From: Candidatus Hydrogenedens sp.
Lineage (GTDB): Bacteria > Hydrogenedentota > Hydrogenedentia > Hydrogenedentales > JAEUWI01
Assembly: GCA_016125095.1 (NCBI GenBank)
Contig: WGMK01000010.1
Location: 74,343 to 138,342 of the forward strand
Direction of reading: 5' to 3'
DNA length: 64,000 bases
The notes under the pieces were generated by a model. That model made no database searches, was not told the DNA's origin, and saw only the letters and a list, made by a program, of their open reading frames with translations. Made by a program: the position numbers and the translations under genes. This document shows, in pieces, positions 1-8,625 of the stretch (its first letter is position 1; every line of letters starts with the position of its first letter).

Positions 1-438
1 CCGCTGCTCGAGATTCCCGAGGACATCGACTTCCATCCGATAGTGTCCTACGAGCCGCTACTCATCACCGCGCCCGGGCATCCCTTGTCGAAGAAAGAAA
101 ACCTGAGCCTCAAGCAGATCAGTAAGTACCCCTTCATCCTGCCGCCGCGCCACCTCAGCACCTGGAGCACGGTCGATTCCGTGTTCAAGAAACAAGGCCT
201 GCCCTACGAAGTCGCGATGGAAGTGGGGGGCTGGGAAGTCATCAAGAAATACGTCGAACTCGGACTCGGCATCTCGGTGGTCATGAGCATCTGCATCACC
301 GGCGGCGAGAACCTTGCCGTCATCCCCGCCAACCAATGGTTCCCCAACCGCACCTACGGCGTCGTGCTCCGCAAAGGCAAAATCCTCACACCCCAGGCCA
401 AGCGCTTCATCACCATGATGCTGCCTGATTTCGTGTAG
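1..438 (+). CDS. LysR-family transcriptional regulator, C-terminal substrate-binding domain (5' partial; the frame is open from nt 1)
   Basis: Frame 1 is open from the window edge (PLLEIPEDIDFHPIVSYEPLLITAPGHPLS...) and continues into the 43..438 ORF. The sequence has typical LysR_substrate-domain features (ISKYPFILPPRHLSTW, EVIKKYVELGLGISVV, ENLAVIP). Stop TAG at 436-438. Confidence 0.7.
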   Translation, partial: PLLEIPEDIDFHPIVSYEPLLITAPGHPLSKKENLSLKQISKYPFILPPRHLSTWSTVDSVFKKQGLPYEVAMEVGGWEVIKKYVELGLGISVVMSICITGGENLAVIPANQWFPNRTYGVVLRKGKILTPQAKRFITMMLPDFV

Positions 439-443
439 TTGGT

Positions 444-509
444 GGCTCGCGGGTACGCTCGCCCTACCAAGTACGATCCGCTCCGGTAGGGCGAGCGTAC
501 CCGCGAGCC
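444..509. repeat. Perfect 25-bp inverted repeat (444-468 GGCTCGCGGGTACGCTCGCCCTACC / 485-509 GGTAGGGCGAGCGTACCCGCGAGCC) with a 16-nt spacer; a hairpin immediately after the LysR stop
   Basis: Read directly from the sequence. The 485-509 arm is the exact reverse complement of 444-468. Confidence 0.85.
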
Positions 510-857
510 ATCTCGGCGCGAATGACAACTCACGAAGCGTAGTCCCCGCTCCTACCGTCCTTTCGTCAAGGAGGTTGTCGCGTCGCTCGGGGACTCGCTT
601 CTCGCAATGACGATGTCGGTGAACTGGGCGAAAGGAAAACGCGTGCTCAGGTTGCGGGGACGGTTTGGAGCCCAGCCCGCTGCGGCGCAGCCGCCTTGGA
701 CTGCGGGAGCAAGCTCCCGCTTTTCGTAGGGAGCGGCCAGCTCCCGTCGCCGTAAGGCTGAACCCGCACCGACGTGCAAGCGACGGAAGCGCGCTTCCTG
801 AGTAAAGCGGCAGCCCGCTGCCGCACACCAAGGCAGTAAAGCTGCAGGATAATACCC

Positions 858-882
858 GGTAGGGCGAGCGTACCCGCGAGCC
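858..882. repeat. Third copy of the 25-bp element (direct repeat of 485-509, with identical CC..ATCT flanks), 27 nt beyond the stop of the 909..5150 minus-strand gene
   Basis: ccGGTAGGGCGAGCGTACCCGCGAGCCatct occurs at 483-513 and again at 856-886. Confidence 0.85.
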
Positions 883-908
883 ATCTTTGCGCGAGTTTCT
901 CATCCCCC

Positions 909-3900
909 TCACACCGGCGCGTCGGCGAGAATCCATGCGGAAATAATGTCGAGGTCTTCGCCTTCGATGGTGCCGCCAAGCGGCATCTGCTCTCCGCTGC
1001 CGCCAGTCACGAGCGCCTGCGTTCCTTCCAGCTTGCGCCAGAGGTAGCTGTTCTCCAGCGACCCCGGCGTGATGCGGAGCATCTCCGCGTTGCTTGACGG
1101 CTGGCTCACCACGGCATTCACATCCGTCAGGTCGAGGCCGCCGAAGGTGCTGCCGATGTGGCAGCCCGAACAGTAGTTGTTCATCACCACCTGCACGTCG
1201 GCCGACGTCGGCCCAACGCAGGGTGCATCGGTGCCCGGTCCCGCGGCGAACCCGTCTTCCGTGCCGCACTCGACATGGTAGCCCAGGTTATTGAAGAACT
1301 GGATCGCGCGCAGCAGTTCCGACAGCGACAGCATCCAGTCGCGCGGGTTGTAGTCGCCGGTGTGCGGGGTGCATTGCTGCGCGCTCTCGTCGAAACCGAT
1401 CACATAGCCATCCTCGCCGGGCAGTTGGGTTTCCGCGCAGGCGAAGCCATCGGCGTTGAAGAACTGGATGATACGCAGCAATTCCGACAGATCCAGCAGG
1501 CCGTCCTGGTTGATATCCGCCGAAGAGAACAGCACATCGCCGCTGCCCTCGCCATCCACCTGACCTTCACCGCCGCCCTGGCCTTCGCCGTCGGGGCTGC
1601 CCTCGCCTTCGCCCTCGATGGGCAGTGGCACCAGCACCTGGCCCGAGACTCCGGTGAGCGTGACCGTGCTACTCCCCGGAACAAAGCCGCTCGCGTTTTC
1701 GATGCCCAGCGTGTAGCTGTTGCCGGCGATGGCATTCGCGCCGGGGAGCATCGACACGAGACAAACCAGTCCATCGCCGATCAGGTTCGGCGTCTGGCTC
1801 GAGTCCGTGATGACGATGCCGATTCGTCCTGCCGACACCGGGAAGGATTGTATACCCTTGCCCTGGCCATTAAGTGTGGGAGAGATGGACGCTCCGCCGA
1901 ATTCAAGCACGTTGGGATCGAACACAAGGTCGAAGCCGAGGACTTGAATTTCCGCGCCTTGGAGGTCCGCATTGATCGCGATGCCGCCGTCGGTACTTCC
2001 GTTGGAAGCGATTAGCGACGGCAGCGCTCCGCCACCTTCGCCATCCATGGCGCCTTCTCCATCCACCATACCTTCGCCGTCCACGACGCCCTCGCCCTCG
2101 GGCTGTCCTTCACCATCGGTCAGGCCTTCTCCCTCGCCCTCGGTCGCGAGTCCGCAGTCGATGTTCACCGGACACGTGACGTTTTCCAAAACCGCATCAA
2201 TTTGGGCAAGCGTCGTCGCGTTAAACACCAGCGGCGTTGCGTCCGTGAAGCTCGACGCCATGATCGTATCGTCTTGGCCAGCCGTCGCACCCAGGTTGGT
2301 TGCGATCGACCGTGCGGCTGAGAGCACGTCGATCGAACCGCCGGACAGCGGGAAGGCGGCATCCTGACGTACGGTCACCATCGCGCTGCCGGTGCACGGC
2401 TGGCCTACAAAAGCGAGGCTTGCCGTTGCGCCGTAGCTTACAAGCGCGGGACTGAAGTCGTGGAAGAGATGCGTCGTGGCATCCGACCGCTCGCTGAGAT
2501 TGAAATTGCGGTACGCATCCAGCGTCGTACTCGCATCGGGCTCTGTTCCAGACGTCACTTCGAACGGCGAAGGCGTGCTCCACGCGACAATCTGGCAGAC
2601 GTTCACCTCGATGTTGAGATCGCGCAAGATGATGGCTGCGGCCTCGTCGAGCACCGCTGTTACATAAGTGCGCGCGGCGAGGGCATCGCCGCCGAATTCC
2701 GACGCTATGAGCCGGTTCTCGATATCCGCAATCAAGTCGACCCGGTAGGGCGCGCTTCCTTCGCCGTCCAATGCGCCTTCGCCCTCCGCGAGCGGGCACG
2801 TCGGGCTGCCCTCGCCTTCGCCTTCCACGGGCGGTGCGGCAGCAACATCGTAGATATACACGGCACCCGATCGTCGCCCGACGGTCTTGTGGTAGGGCGC
2901 GCCCATGGCCGCTTCGTCGGTCGTCAGCGCGACATCCCAGCCGGCCCGGTCCAGCGCCACGCCGTCGCTGGCGTCCAGTTCATCGCCGGGCGTCCAGGTT
3001 CCGGCGCTCCGCGAAAACACATACGCGGCGCCACTCGTGTTGTCGGCGCCGTCCGAACGGTACGCGCCCACCAGGGCGGTATCGCCCAGCAACGCGACGC
3101 TCGTGCCGAACTCAAAAACCTGCTTGCCGGCATCCGGCACGAGCTTCTGCTGCTGAATCCAGTTGCCGTTGCAGTTGACGAACACGTAGGCCGCGCCGCT
3201 GTTCACCCCGGTCGCTTCGGCATCCGTCGTCGTGAAGATCAGTGTATTCCCCGACAGCGCGACGTCTTGGCCCAGTTTCGTGCTGGTGGCCGGATCCTCG
3301 ATGATCGCCCGCTGAGACAGTGCCCAAGTGCCGCCTATCCGCTCGAAGATATACACACCGCCCGTGTCGAAAAACTCCTCGTCTCGGTTCGGTGCGCTGA
3401 TGGCTGCGATATCGCCCGCAAGCGCCACACGGAAGCCGAAGCCGTCCTGGAAGCCCGGCGAGTCCAGCGTCAGCTTCTGCTGTTCGGTCCATACGCCCGC
3501 GTCGCGCGTGAACACATAGGCCGCACCCGCATTCGGTTGGCCTGCGTCGGCGGCGTTGGCGCCCGCGATGAGGGTGTCGCCCTCCAGTGCAAGGCCCGTT
3601 CCGAGCAGATCGACTGCCGCGCCGTCAGAGGCCGTGAGCTTCTGCTCCAGCGACCAGGCCACCCCGCTGCGGGTATACACATAAACGGCCCCGGCGTTCT
3701 CGCCGTTGTCGTCGTCGGCGGTCGCGCCTATGGCGAGCGTATCGCCGGAGAGCGCGACGGAGCGGCCGAAGCCCTGTGCGTGGGTGGAATCCGCCGCAGC
3801 GATGCGGGCCTGGAAATCCCAAGACTCGCCGGAACGCAGGTAGACGTAAACCACGCCGCGGCTGGCCTCGCTCGGCGCCCCAATGGCCAGCGTATCCCCA

Positions 3901-5150
3901 TCGACGGCCAATGCGCTGCCCAGTTCGGCGGCGTTGTCCGCGGTCAGGCGCTCTTCGAGGTCCCAGTTGGAGCCGCTTCGCTTGAATACATGCGCGCTAC
4001 CGGAGGTATCGCCCAATAAGCCGGCGCGCGGCGCGCCTGCGATTATTGTGCTTTCGTCGAGCGAGACGGAAAAGCCCAAACGGTCGCCAATGGAAGCCCC
4101 GGGCGAAACTGCGCGCTGTTGAAGCTGCCAGCTATCCGTCAGGTAAATGAAAACCGATACCGAACCGGCGCCATCGAAGGGAGCTGCCACGGCAATGGTC
4201 GTGTCTGTAAGCGTGACGCTGCTGCCGAAGCGTGATGCGGCCTCGGTGCCGGTGGGCAAGAGGATTTGTTCTTCGGAAAAGACGCCGCCACTCCGGCGGA
4301 AAACGTACGCGGCACCACCATCGGAGTCATTGCCCGACGCTCCGATCACGGCAAGGTCATTGGACAGGTCCAGCGATTCACCGAAGAAATCGAACGTGTC
4401 TGCATCGCTCGCCGTAAGTTTCTGGTCTTCGCTCCAAGACGAGCCAGCGCCGGTGAACACATAAACATTGCCCTGCCGCACGTTCTTCTGGCTTGCCCCT
4501 GCGAGAATCGTGGTGCCGGAAAGGGCCACGCTGCCGCCAAAGGCATCGCTCACCGAACCGTCGGATGCCGTCAGTTTCTTTTGCTCTGTCCAGACACCGC
4601 CGCTTCGCGTGAATACATAGGCGGCGCCGCGCTGGCTGGCATCGCCGGAGGCGCCTGCGACGAGCGTATCGCCCTCAATGCTCACACTGATTCCGAACCG
4701 GTTTCCCCCGCTACCGTCGCTCGCGGTGAGCACTTGCTGGAGTACCCATTCAAAGCCATCCCGGATGTACACATACACCTGGCCCGGTGCCGTGGGAGTC
4801 CCAGCGGCTCCCACTACAATCGTGGTATCGGTAAGGGCGACGCTGGTACCAAGGGATGTCAGCGTATCGGCATCGGAATCGAAGAGCTTCTGCTCCAGCG
4901 CCCAACTCGCTCCAGTCCGCAGAAAAACGTATGCAGCCCCTTCGCCCGAGAGTACGCTATCCTCGAAGGGGGCCCCGACAACGGCCCGGTCGCCCGCAAT
5001 CGCCGTGCTATACCCGAATTGATCGAAAGCCCCCGGATAGATTCCGCCGATCGCTTGTGTCTCTGTTTGCGTCACCGCAAGTGCCGGTACTGCAAATGCC
5101 GCAATAGCAACCAGGACCATGCATGTGAATGAAGCGCGCGGGATTCTCAT
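909..5150 (-). CDS. Giant secreted FG-GAP (integrin-alpha-like) repeat protein, 1413 aa. N-terminal signal peptide, about 13 repeats ending in GAAYVF, EGEGEG linkers, a possible cohesin-like beta-sandwich, a dockerin/EF-hand-like pair, and a C-terminal CxxCH (PSCyt1-like) motif
   Basis: ATG at 5150 with GAGAGG upstream. Signal peptide MRIPRASFTCMVLVAIAAFAVPALA. Recurrent FGxSVAL..GDTL.IGA...GAAYVF units. Low-complexity EGEGEG runs. DINQDGLLDLSELLRIIQFFN and DWMLSLSELLRAIQFFN segments. YCSGCHIGSTFGGLDLTD near the C-terminus. Confidence 0.85.
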   Translation of the reverse strand: MRIPRASFTCMVLVAIAAFAVPALAVTQTETQAIGGIYPGAFDQFGYSTAIAGDRAVVGAPFEDSVLSGEGAAYVFLRTGASWALEQKLFDSDADTLTSLGTSVALTDTTIVVGAAGTPTAPGQVYVYIRDGFEWVLQQVLTASDGSGGNRFGISVSIEGDTLVAGASGDASQRGAAYVFTRSGGVWTEQKKLTASDGSVSDAFGGSVALSGTTILAGASQKNVRQGNVYVFTGAGSSWSEDQKLTASDADTFDFFGESLDLSNDLAVIGASGNDSDGGAAYVFRRSGGVFSEEQILLPTGTEAASRFGSSVTLTDTTIAVAAPFDGAGSVSVFIYLTDSWQLQQRAVSPGASIGDRLGFSVSLDESTIIAGAPRAGLLGDTSGSAHVFKRSGSNWDLEERLTADNAAELGSALAVDGDTLAIGAPSEASRGVVYVYLRSGESWDFQARIAAADSTHAQGFGRSVALSGDTLAIGATADDDNGENAGAVYVYTRSGVAWSLEQKLTASDGAAVDLLGTGLALEGDTLIAGANAADAGQPNAGAAYVFTRDAGVWTEQQKLTLDSPGFQDGFGFRVALAGDIAAISAPNRDEEFFDTGGVYIFERIGGTWALSQRAIIEDPATSTKLGQDVALSGNTLIFTTTDAEATGVNSGAAYVFVNCNGNWIQQQKLVPDAGKQVFEFGTSVALLGDTALVGAYRSDGADNTSGAAYVFSRSAGTWTPGDELDASDGVALDRAGWDVALTTDEAAMGAPYHKTVGRRSGAVYIYDVAAAPPVEGEGEGSPTCPLAEGEGALDGEGSAPYRVDLIADIENRLIASEFGGDALAARTYVTAVLDEAAAIILRDLNIEVNVCQIVAWSTPSPFEVTSGTEPDASTTLDAYRNFNLSERSDATTHLFHDFSPALVSYGATASLAFVGQPCTGSAMVTVRQDAAFPLSGGSIDVLSAARSIATNLGATAGQDDTIMASSFTDATPLVFNATTLAQIDAVLENVTCPVNIDCGLATEGEGEGLTDGEGQPEGEGVVDGEGMVDGEGAMDGEGGGALPSLIASNGSTDGGIAINADLQGAEIQVLGFDLVFDPNVLEFGGASISPTLNGQGKGIQSFPVSAGRIGIVITDSSQTPNLIGDGLVCLVSMLPGANAIAGNSYTLGIENASGFVPGSSTVTLTGVSGQVLVPLPIEGEGEGSPDGEGQGGGEGQVDGEGSGDVLFSSADINQDGLLDLSELLRIIQFFNADGFACAETQLPGEDGYVIGFDESAQQCTPHTGDYNPRDWMLSLSELLRAIQFFNNLGYHVECGTEDGFAAGPGTDAPCVGPTSADVQVVMNNYCSGCHIGSTFGGLDLTDVNAVVSQPSSNAEMLRITPGSLENSYLWRKLEGTQALVTGGSGEQMPLGGTIEGEDLDIISAWILADAPV

Positions 5151-5286
5151 TGGCGGTGTTCCTCTCGGTATACGGATGACGCGTACTATCTGTCATCCGC
5201 TTGCTGTCGGCGGCACGAAGAGCAGCCGACAGATTCCCCTGATACCCTGAAGCCTCTATCTATACCACATGCGGCGCGGCCTCACA

Positions 5287-5324
5287 ACCAAAAACAAGGC
5301 GGCGGCGCCAAGTGACGCCGCCGC
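5287..5324 (-). terminator. Rho-independent terminator for the 5349..5567 gene (GC stem GCGGCGGCG/CGCCGCCGC followed by a T-tract on the minus strand)
   Basis: Plus strand reads accaaaaacaaGGCGGCGGCGccaagtgaCGCCGCCGC. On the minus strand the hairpin is followed by TTGTTTTTGGTT. Confidence 0.6.
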
Positions 5325-5348
5325 ACGGAATCGACTATCAGACTATTC

Positions 5349-5567
5349 TCAGCTGGGGTCGATGGCGTTTCCGCATTGATTACAGGTACGCGTACGCGCG
5401 AAGCTCATCAGCAGCCACATGGGCAGCCAGATTCCGCAGGTGATTATCGTCCGCATCAATTCTTTCTTATGGTCTAGCGGTGCAACCGTGTAGGTCACCT
5501 CGCACTTGCAGCGGCTGCAATAGAGGGTCGGCGCATTTGATTCGAGAGGAAGCGTTTTTTCGCTCAT
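5349..5567 (-). CDS. Small zinc-ribbon membrane protein, LITAF-like (CxxC - hydrophobic hairpin - CxxC), 72 aa
   Basis: MSEKTLPLESNAPTLYCSRCKCEVTYTVAPLDHKKELMRTIITCGIWLPMWLLMSFARTRTCNQCGNAIDPS. The start is the internal ATG at 5567, preceded by GAAAGG. The two CxxC knuckles flank a hydrophobic stretch. Confidence 0.55.
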   Translation of the reverse strand: MSEKTLPLESNAPTLYCSRCKCEVTYTVAPLDHKKELMRTIITCGIWLPMWLLMSFARTRTCNQCGNAIDPS

Positions 5568-5685
5568 GGTTCTGCCTTTCATCACCGGTGCGCAACGATG
5601 GCGGCACCGGCACAGCGAGGGGCTTTCCGCAGGGAAAGCCAGGGGAAGGGGGAAGAAATCTACTGTGATTGCAAAAGGCGGAGCA

Positions 5686-6033
5686 TCACAGTCGCAGGCG
5701 TCGTTGCTGCTCGAGAATACCGCGGCCGGTAATCGAATACGAGGCGTCTCTCGTAACCGAGACACACAAGGCCACCGGGGCTTCGTCCAGCGCGGCGCGC
5801 ATCAGCGCCGGGCCGGCTACACCGGGCAGTCCGGAGCCGTCTCCAGAGCCGCCCGGAATGGGGGCCACGGCCGCCGTGCCCCCGATACCATCCGCCGCCC
5901 AGAAGGCGCCCTGCGTGTCGTATAGCGGTTGTCCGGCGACGGCAACGCCGCAGCTCGCCGCAACGACAATGACGGCAATAATGGCGCACGCCCGGCGAAA
6001 TCCCGGTACGCTCTGGCTACTTATGGCGAACAT
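5686..6033 (-). CDS. Possible small hypothetical protein (about 115 aa) in the divergent intergenic region. Low confidence; it may be a spurious GC-rich ORF
   Basis: Internal ATG of the 5686..6372 ORF (MFAISSQSVPGFRRACAIIAVIVVAASCGVAVAG...). There is no clear SD and the composition is typical of GC-rich noise. Confidence 0.2.
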   Translation of the reverse strand: MFAISSQSVPGFRRACAIIAVIVVAASCGVAVAGQPLYDTQGAFWAADGIGGTAAVAPIPGGSGDGSGLPGVAGPALMRAALDEAPVALCVSVTRDASYSITGRGILEQQRRLRL

Positions 6034-6184
6034 GCGCGGGATCATGCGCCTGTTCCGCTGGCGTTTGCAACGTGCCTGCATCGTCTCCACAGGTGCGATT
6101 ATTTCTGCTATACCACTGAAAAAGATAGACTTAGCAGGTGCTTGCTTGACAACGGACATCGGGTCAGGTACAGTTTGAAGCCGA

Positions 6185-7564
6185 ATGTCGAACGGTAATC
6201 CAATAAATTTCTGTGTACTCGGCGGCGGCGGCGAGATCGGCGCTAGCTGCTTCGAAGTTTCCTGCAACGGGCACAGTATTCTGCTCGATTCAGGCACCCA
6301 CCCGAAGAAAGAAGGCCTCGAATCGCTGCCGGCGTTCAGCCTGCTTTCGCGCGCCCCCGACGCGGCACTCATCTCTCACGCCCATGTGGATCACTGCGGC
6401 TCGCTGCCGTATCTGCTGCGGCAGTTTCCGGGAGTGCGGTCCTTCGCCACGGTACCTACGGTGCGCCTTGTAGATCGCATGCTGCACAACAGCGTGTCGG
6501 TGATGAATACCCTGCGCAAGGAACGCGGTATCGAAGAGTATCCGCTCTACGAACACGAGGACGTCAGTTACGCCATGCGCCTCATGCGCGGGCAGGGCTA
6601 TCAGGAATGGTTCGACTTGCCCACGCGCGGCATCGAGACGAAGGCCTGTTTCAATCACGCGGGCCACGTGCTCGGCAGCGCCAGCGTGCTGCTCAAGTTT
6701 CCCGGCCACACCCTCTTCTACACCAGCGACATCTGCGAGACCGATCAGGAACTCATGTCGCGCTATTGCCCGCTTGATCGATCAGTCGAGATCGACACGC
6801 TGGTGATCGAAAGCACGCACGGCGCGGTGGACGATGAGCACGCGCGCGTCTACGAAGCCGAGATTCCCAAGCTGGCCGACGCCGTGGCGGGCGTGCTGCG
6901 CGGCGGGGGCGTGGCGCTGATTCCCTGCTTCGCCCTCGGGCGCACCCAGGAGATCACCAACATCATTGCGCGCCACCAGGAAGCGGGTCTCATCCCGCGC
7001 GCACCCATTTACGCCTCGGGCCTCGGCCGCGCCATCTACGAGATTTATGAGAAGTTTCCCGAGTATCTCTCGCCGAACGCGGAACTGCGGCCGCTGAACG
7101 ACTTCAAGCGCATCGGCAACGTGTGGAACCACGAAACGATGGAGAAGCTGCTCCACGAGCCCGGCATCATTGTGGCCACCAGCGGCATGATGCTCGAAAA
7201 CACGCCGAGCGCGCTGATTGCCGAGGCCCTGACCCGCGCCAATCACCACGGCATTTTCTTCGTCGGTTATCTCGACCACGAGACGCTCGGCTACAAGCTG
7301 TTGCATTCGCAGATTGGCGACAAGCTGCGTTACGGCCTCGGCCGCCAGCCGGTGGAGCGCAAGCTCGAGAACATCAAGCGTTTCCATTTCAGCGCCCATG
7401 CGCCCCGCAAGGCGCTACAGCAAGTGATCCATCACATCCGTCCGAAGAACGTCGTGTTTGTGCATGGCGACGCAGAGGCCATCCGGTGGATGCAGGACAA
7501 CGCGGCCAACGGCTGCGCGAATTTTGCGCCGACCATCGGCCAGACGATCACCCTCGAAGCCTGA
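6185..7564 (+). CDS. MBL-fold metallo-hydrolase of the beta-CASP / RNA-metabolising (CPSF/RNase J-like) type
   Basis: HAHVDHCG (HxHxDH) motif, a beta-CASP-type middle region and a C-terminal H motif (HGDAEAI). 459 aa. Confidence 0.8.
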   Translation: MSNGNPINFCVLGGGGEIGASCFEVSCNGHSILLDSGTHPKKEGLESLPAFSLLSRAPDAALISHAHVDHCGSLPYLLRQFPGVRSFATVPTVRLVDRMLHNSVSVMNTLRKERGIEEYPLYEHEDVSYAMRLMRGQGYQEWFDLPTRGIETKACFNHAGHVLGSASVLLKFPGHTLFYTSDICETDQELMSRYCPLDRSVEIDTLVIESTHGAVDDEHARVYEAEIPKLADAVAGVLRGGGVALIPCFALGRTQEITNIIARHQEAGLIPRAPIYASGLGRAIYEIYEKFPEYLSPNAELRPLNDFKRIGNVWNHETMEKLLHEPGIIVATSGMMLENTPSALIAEALTRANHHGIFFVGYLDHETLGYKLLHSQIGDKLRYGLGRQPVERKLENIKRFHFSAHAPRKALQQVIHHIRPKNVVFVHGDAEAIRWMQDNAANGCANFAPTIGQTITLEA

Positions 7565-7567
7565 TTC

Positions 7568-8515
7568 ATGGCCAGCCAGCGCAATCCGCTCCTGCAAGCC
7601 CTGCTTTACAGCTTGACCCGCACCTACACGGGTATCATGGGGCTGCTGCAGATGCCCGCGGCGCGGGGCATCACCATTGCCATTGCGCGCGTGGCCCTGG
7701 CCCTGGTGCCAAGGCTGCACCGCGTGGGCATGGAGAACCTCGACCTTGCCTACGGCGACAGCCTCACGCTGGCGGAGAAGCGGCGCATTCTGCAGGACGC
7801 GATGGACAACCTGGCCATAGTGGCGGCCGAGTTCGCCCACGGGCCGCGGATGGCACGCAACGGTTTCAAGGACGTCGCCGAGGTCGAGGGGTGGGAACAC
7901 ATCGATCAATCCAAGGGCGCAATACTCATCTCGGGCCATCTTGGCAATTGGGAATGGTTCGCAGGGGCAATAGCGGTGTACTGCCCCAAGATGCTCGAAG
8001 TGGTGCGACCGCTCGATTTCCCGCCCATGAACCGCTATGTGGACAGCACGCGCCGCGCCACCGGCACGGAAACCCTCGACAAGTTCGCTGCCGCCAAGGA
8101 ATTGCTGACCCGCCTGAAAGAGGGCTGGTGCGTGGGCGTGCTGGTGGATCAGAGCCCCCGCGAGAGCGGCGCGCCCACGACGTACTTCGGGCGCGACTGC
8201 TGGACTACCGTGGCCCCGGCCATGCTGGCCGCCCGTACCGGATGTCCCGTGCATTTTGTTACGGTCGAGCGCCGCGCCGACAGCACCTATCACATCGTCG
8301 TGCAGCCGGCCATGCCCTTCCAGAAAACCCGCAACCTGATGGCCGACATGCAGGCCAACGCGCAGATGACGCAGGATACCCTCGAGGCCTTCGTGCGCCA
8401 GCATCCCGGTCACTGGCTCTGGTTCCACCGTCGTTGGAAACAGCGCCCCCGGCTCGCCGAGGAATGGAACAAGCGCCTCAAGCGCGTCGAAGAGAAGAAT
8501 AAGCCTGCGGAATAG
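7568..8515 (+). CDS. Lysophospholipid / lipid A biosynthesis acyltransferase family protein (LpxL/HtrB-like)
   Basis: The start lies 4 nt after the MBL stop. The HLGNWEW acyltransferase motif (HX4D-type region) is present, the protein is 315 aa, and the C-terminus is basic. Confidence 0.65.
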   Translation: MASQRNPLLQALLYSLTRTYTGIMGLLQMPAARGITIAIARVALALVPRLHRVGMENLDLAYGDSLTLAEKRRILQDAMDNLAIVAAEFAHGPRMARNGFKDVAEVEGWEHIDQSKGAILISGHLGNWEWFAGAIAVYCPKMLEVVRPLDFPPMNRYVDSTRRATGTETLDKFAAAKELLTRLKEGWCVGVLVDQSPRESGAPTTYFGRDCWTTVAPAMLAARTGCPVHFVTVERRADSTYHIVVQPAMPFQKTRNLMADMQANAQMTQDTLEAFVRQHPGHWLWFHRRWKQRPRLAEEWNKRLKRVEEKNKPAE

Positions 8516-8625
8516 CCCCAAACGCGATATCTTCCAAAAGATGTGCCCCGTCCCAGCTTGAGTGATTATGAAGAGATTAGGAAGTTTATCAGAATCTCGT
8601 AATCACGCTAAAGTTGTCATAAGAT

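Noticed and set aside
58-1269. 403-aa minus-strand ORF spanning the LysR gene and the repeat-containing intergenic region
   Set aside because: It is antisense to a well-supported LysR C-terminal domain and runs through the palindromic repeats. Its Arg/Gly/Ala-rich composition is typical of spurious ORFs in GC-rich DNA.
2460-4019. 519-aa plus-strand ORF inside the FG-GAP gene
   Set aside because: It lies fully antisense to the repeat-rich FG-GAP coding sequence. It has an Arg-rich low-complexity translation and no start context.
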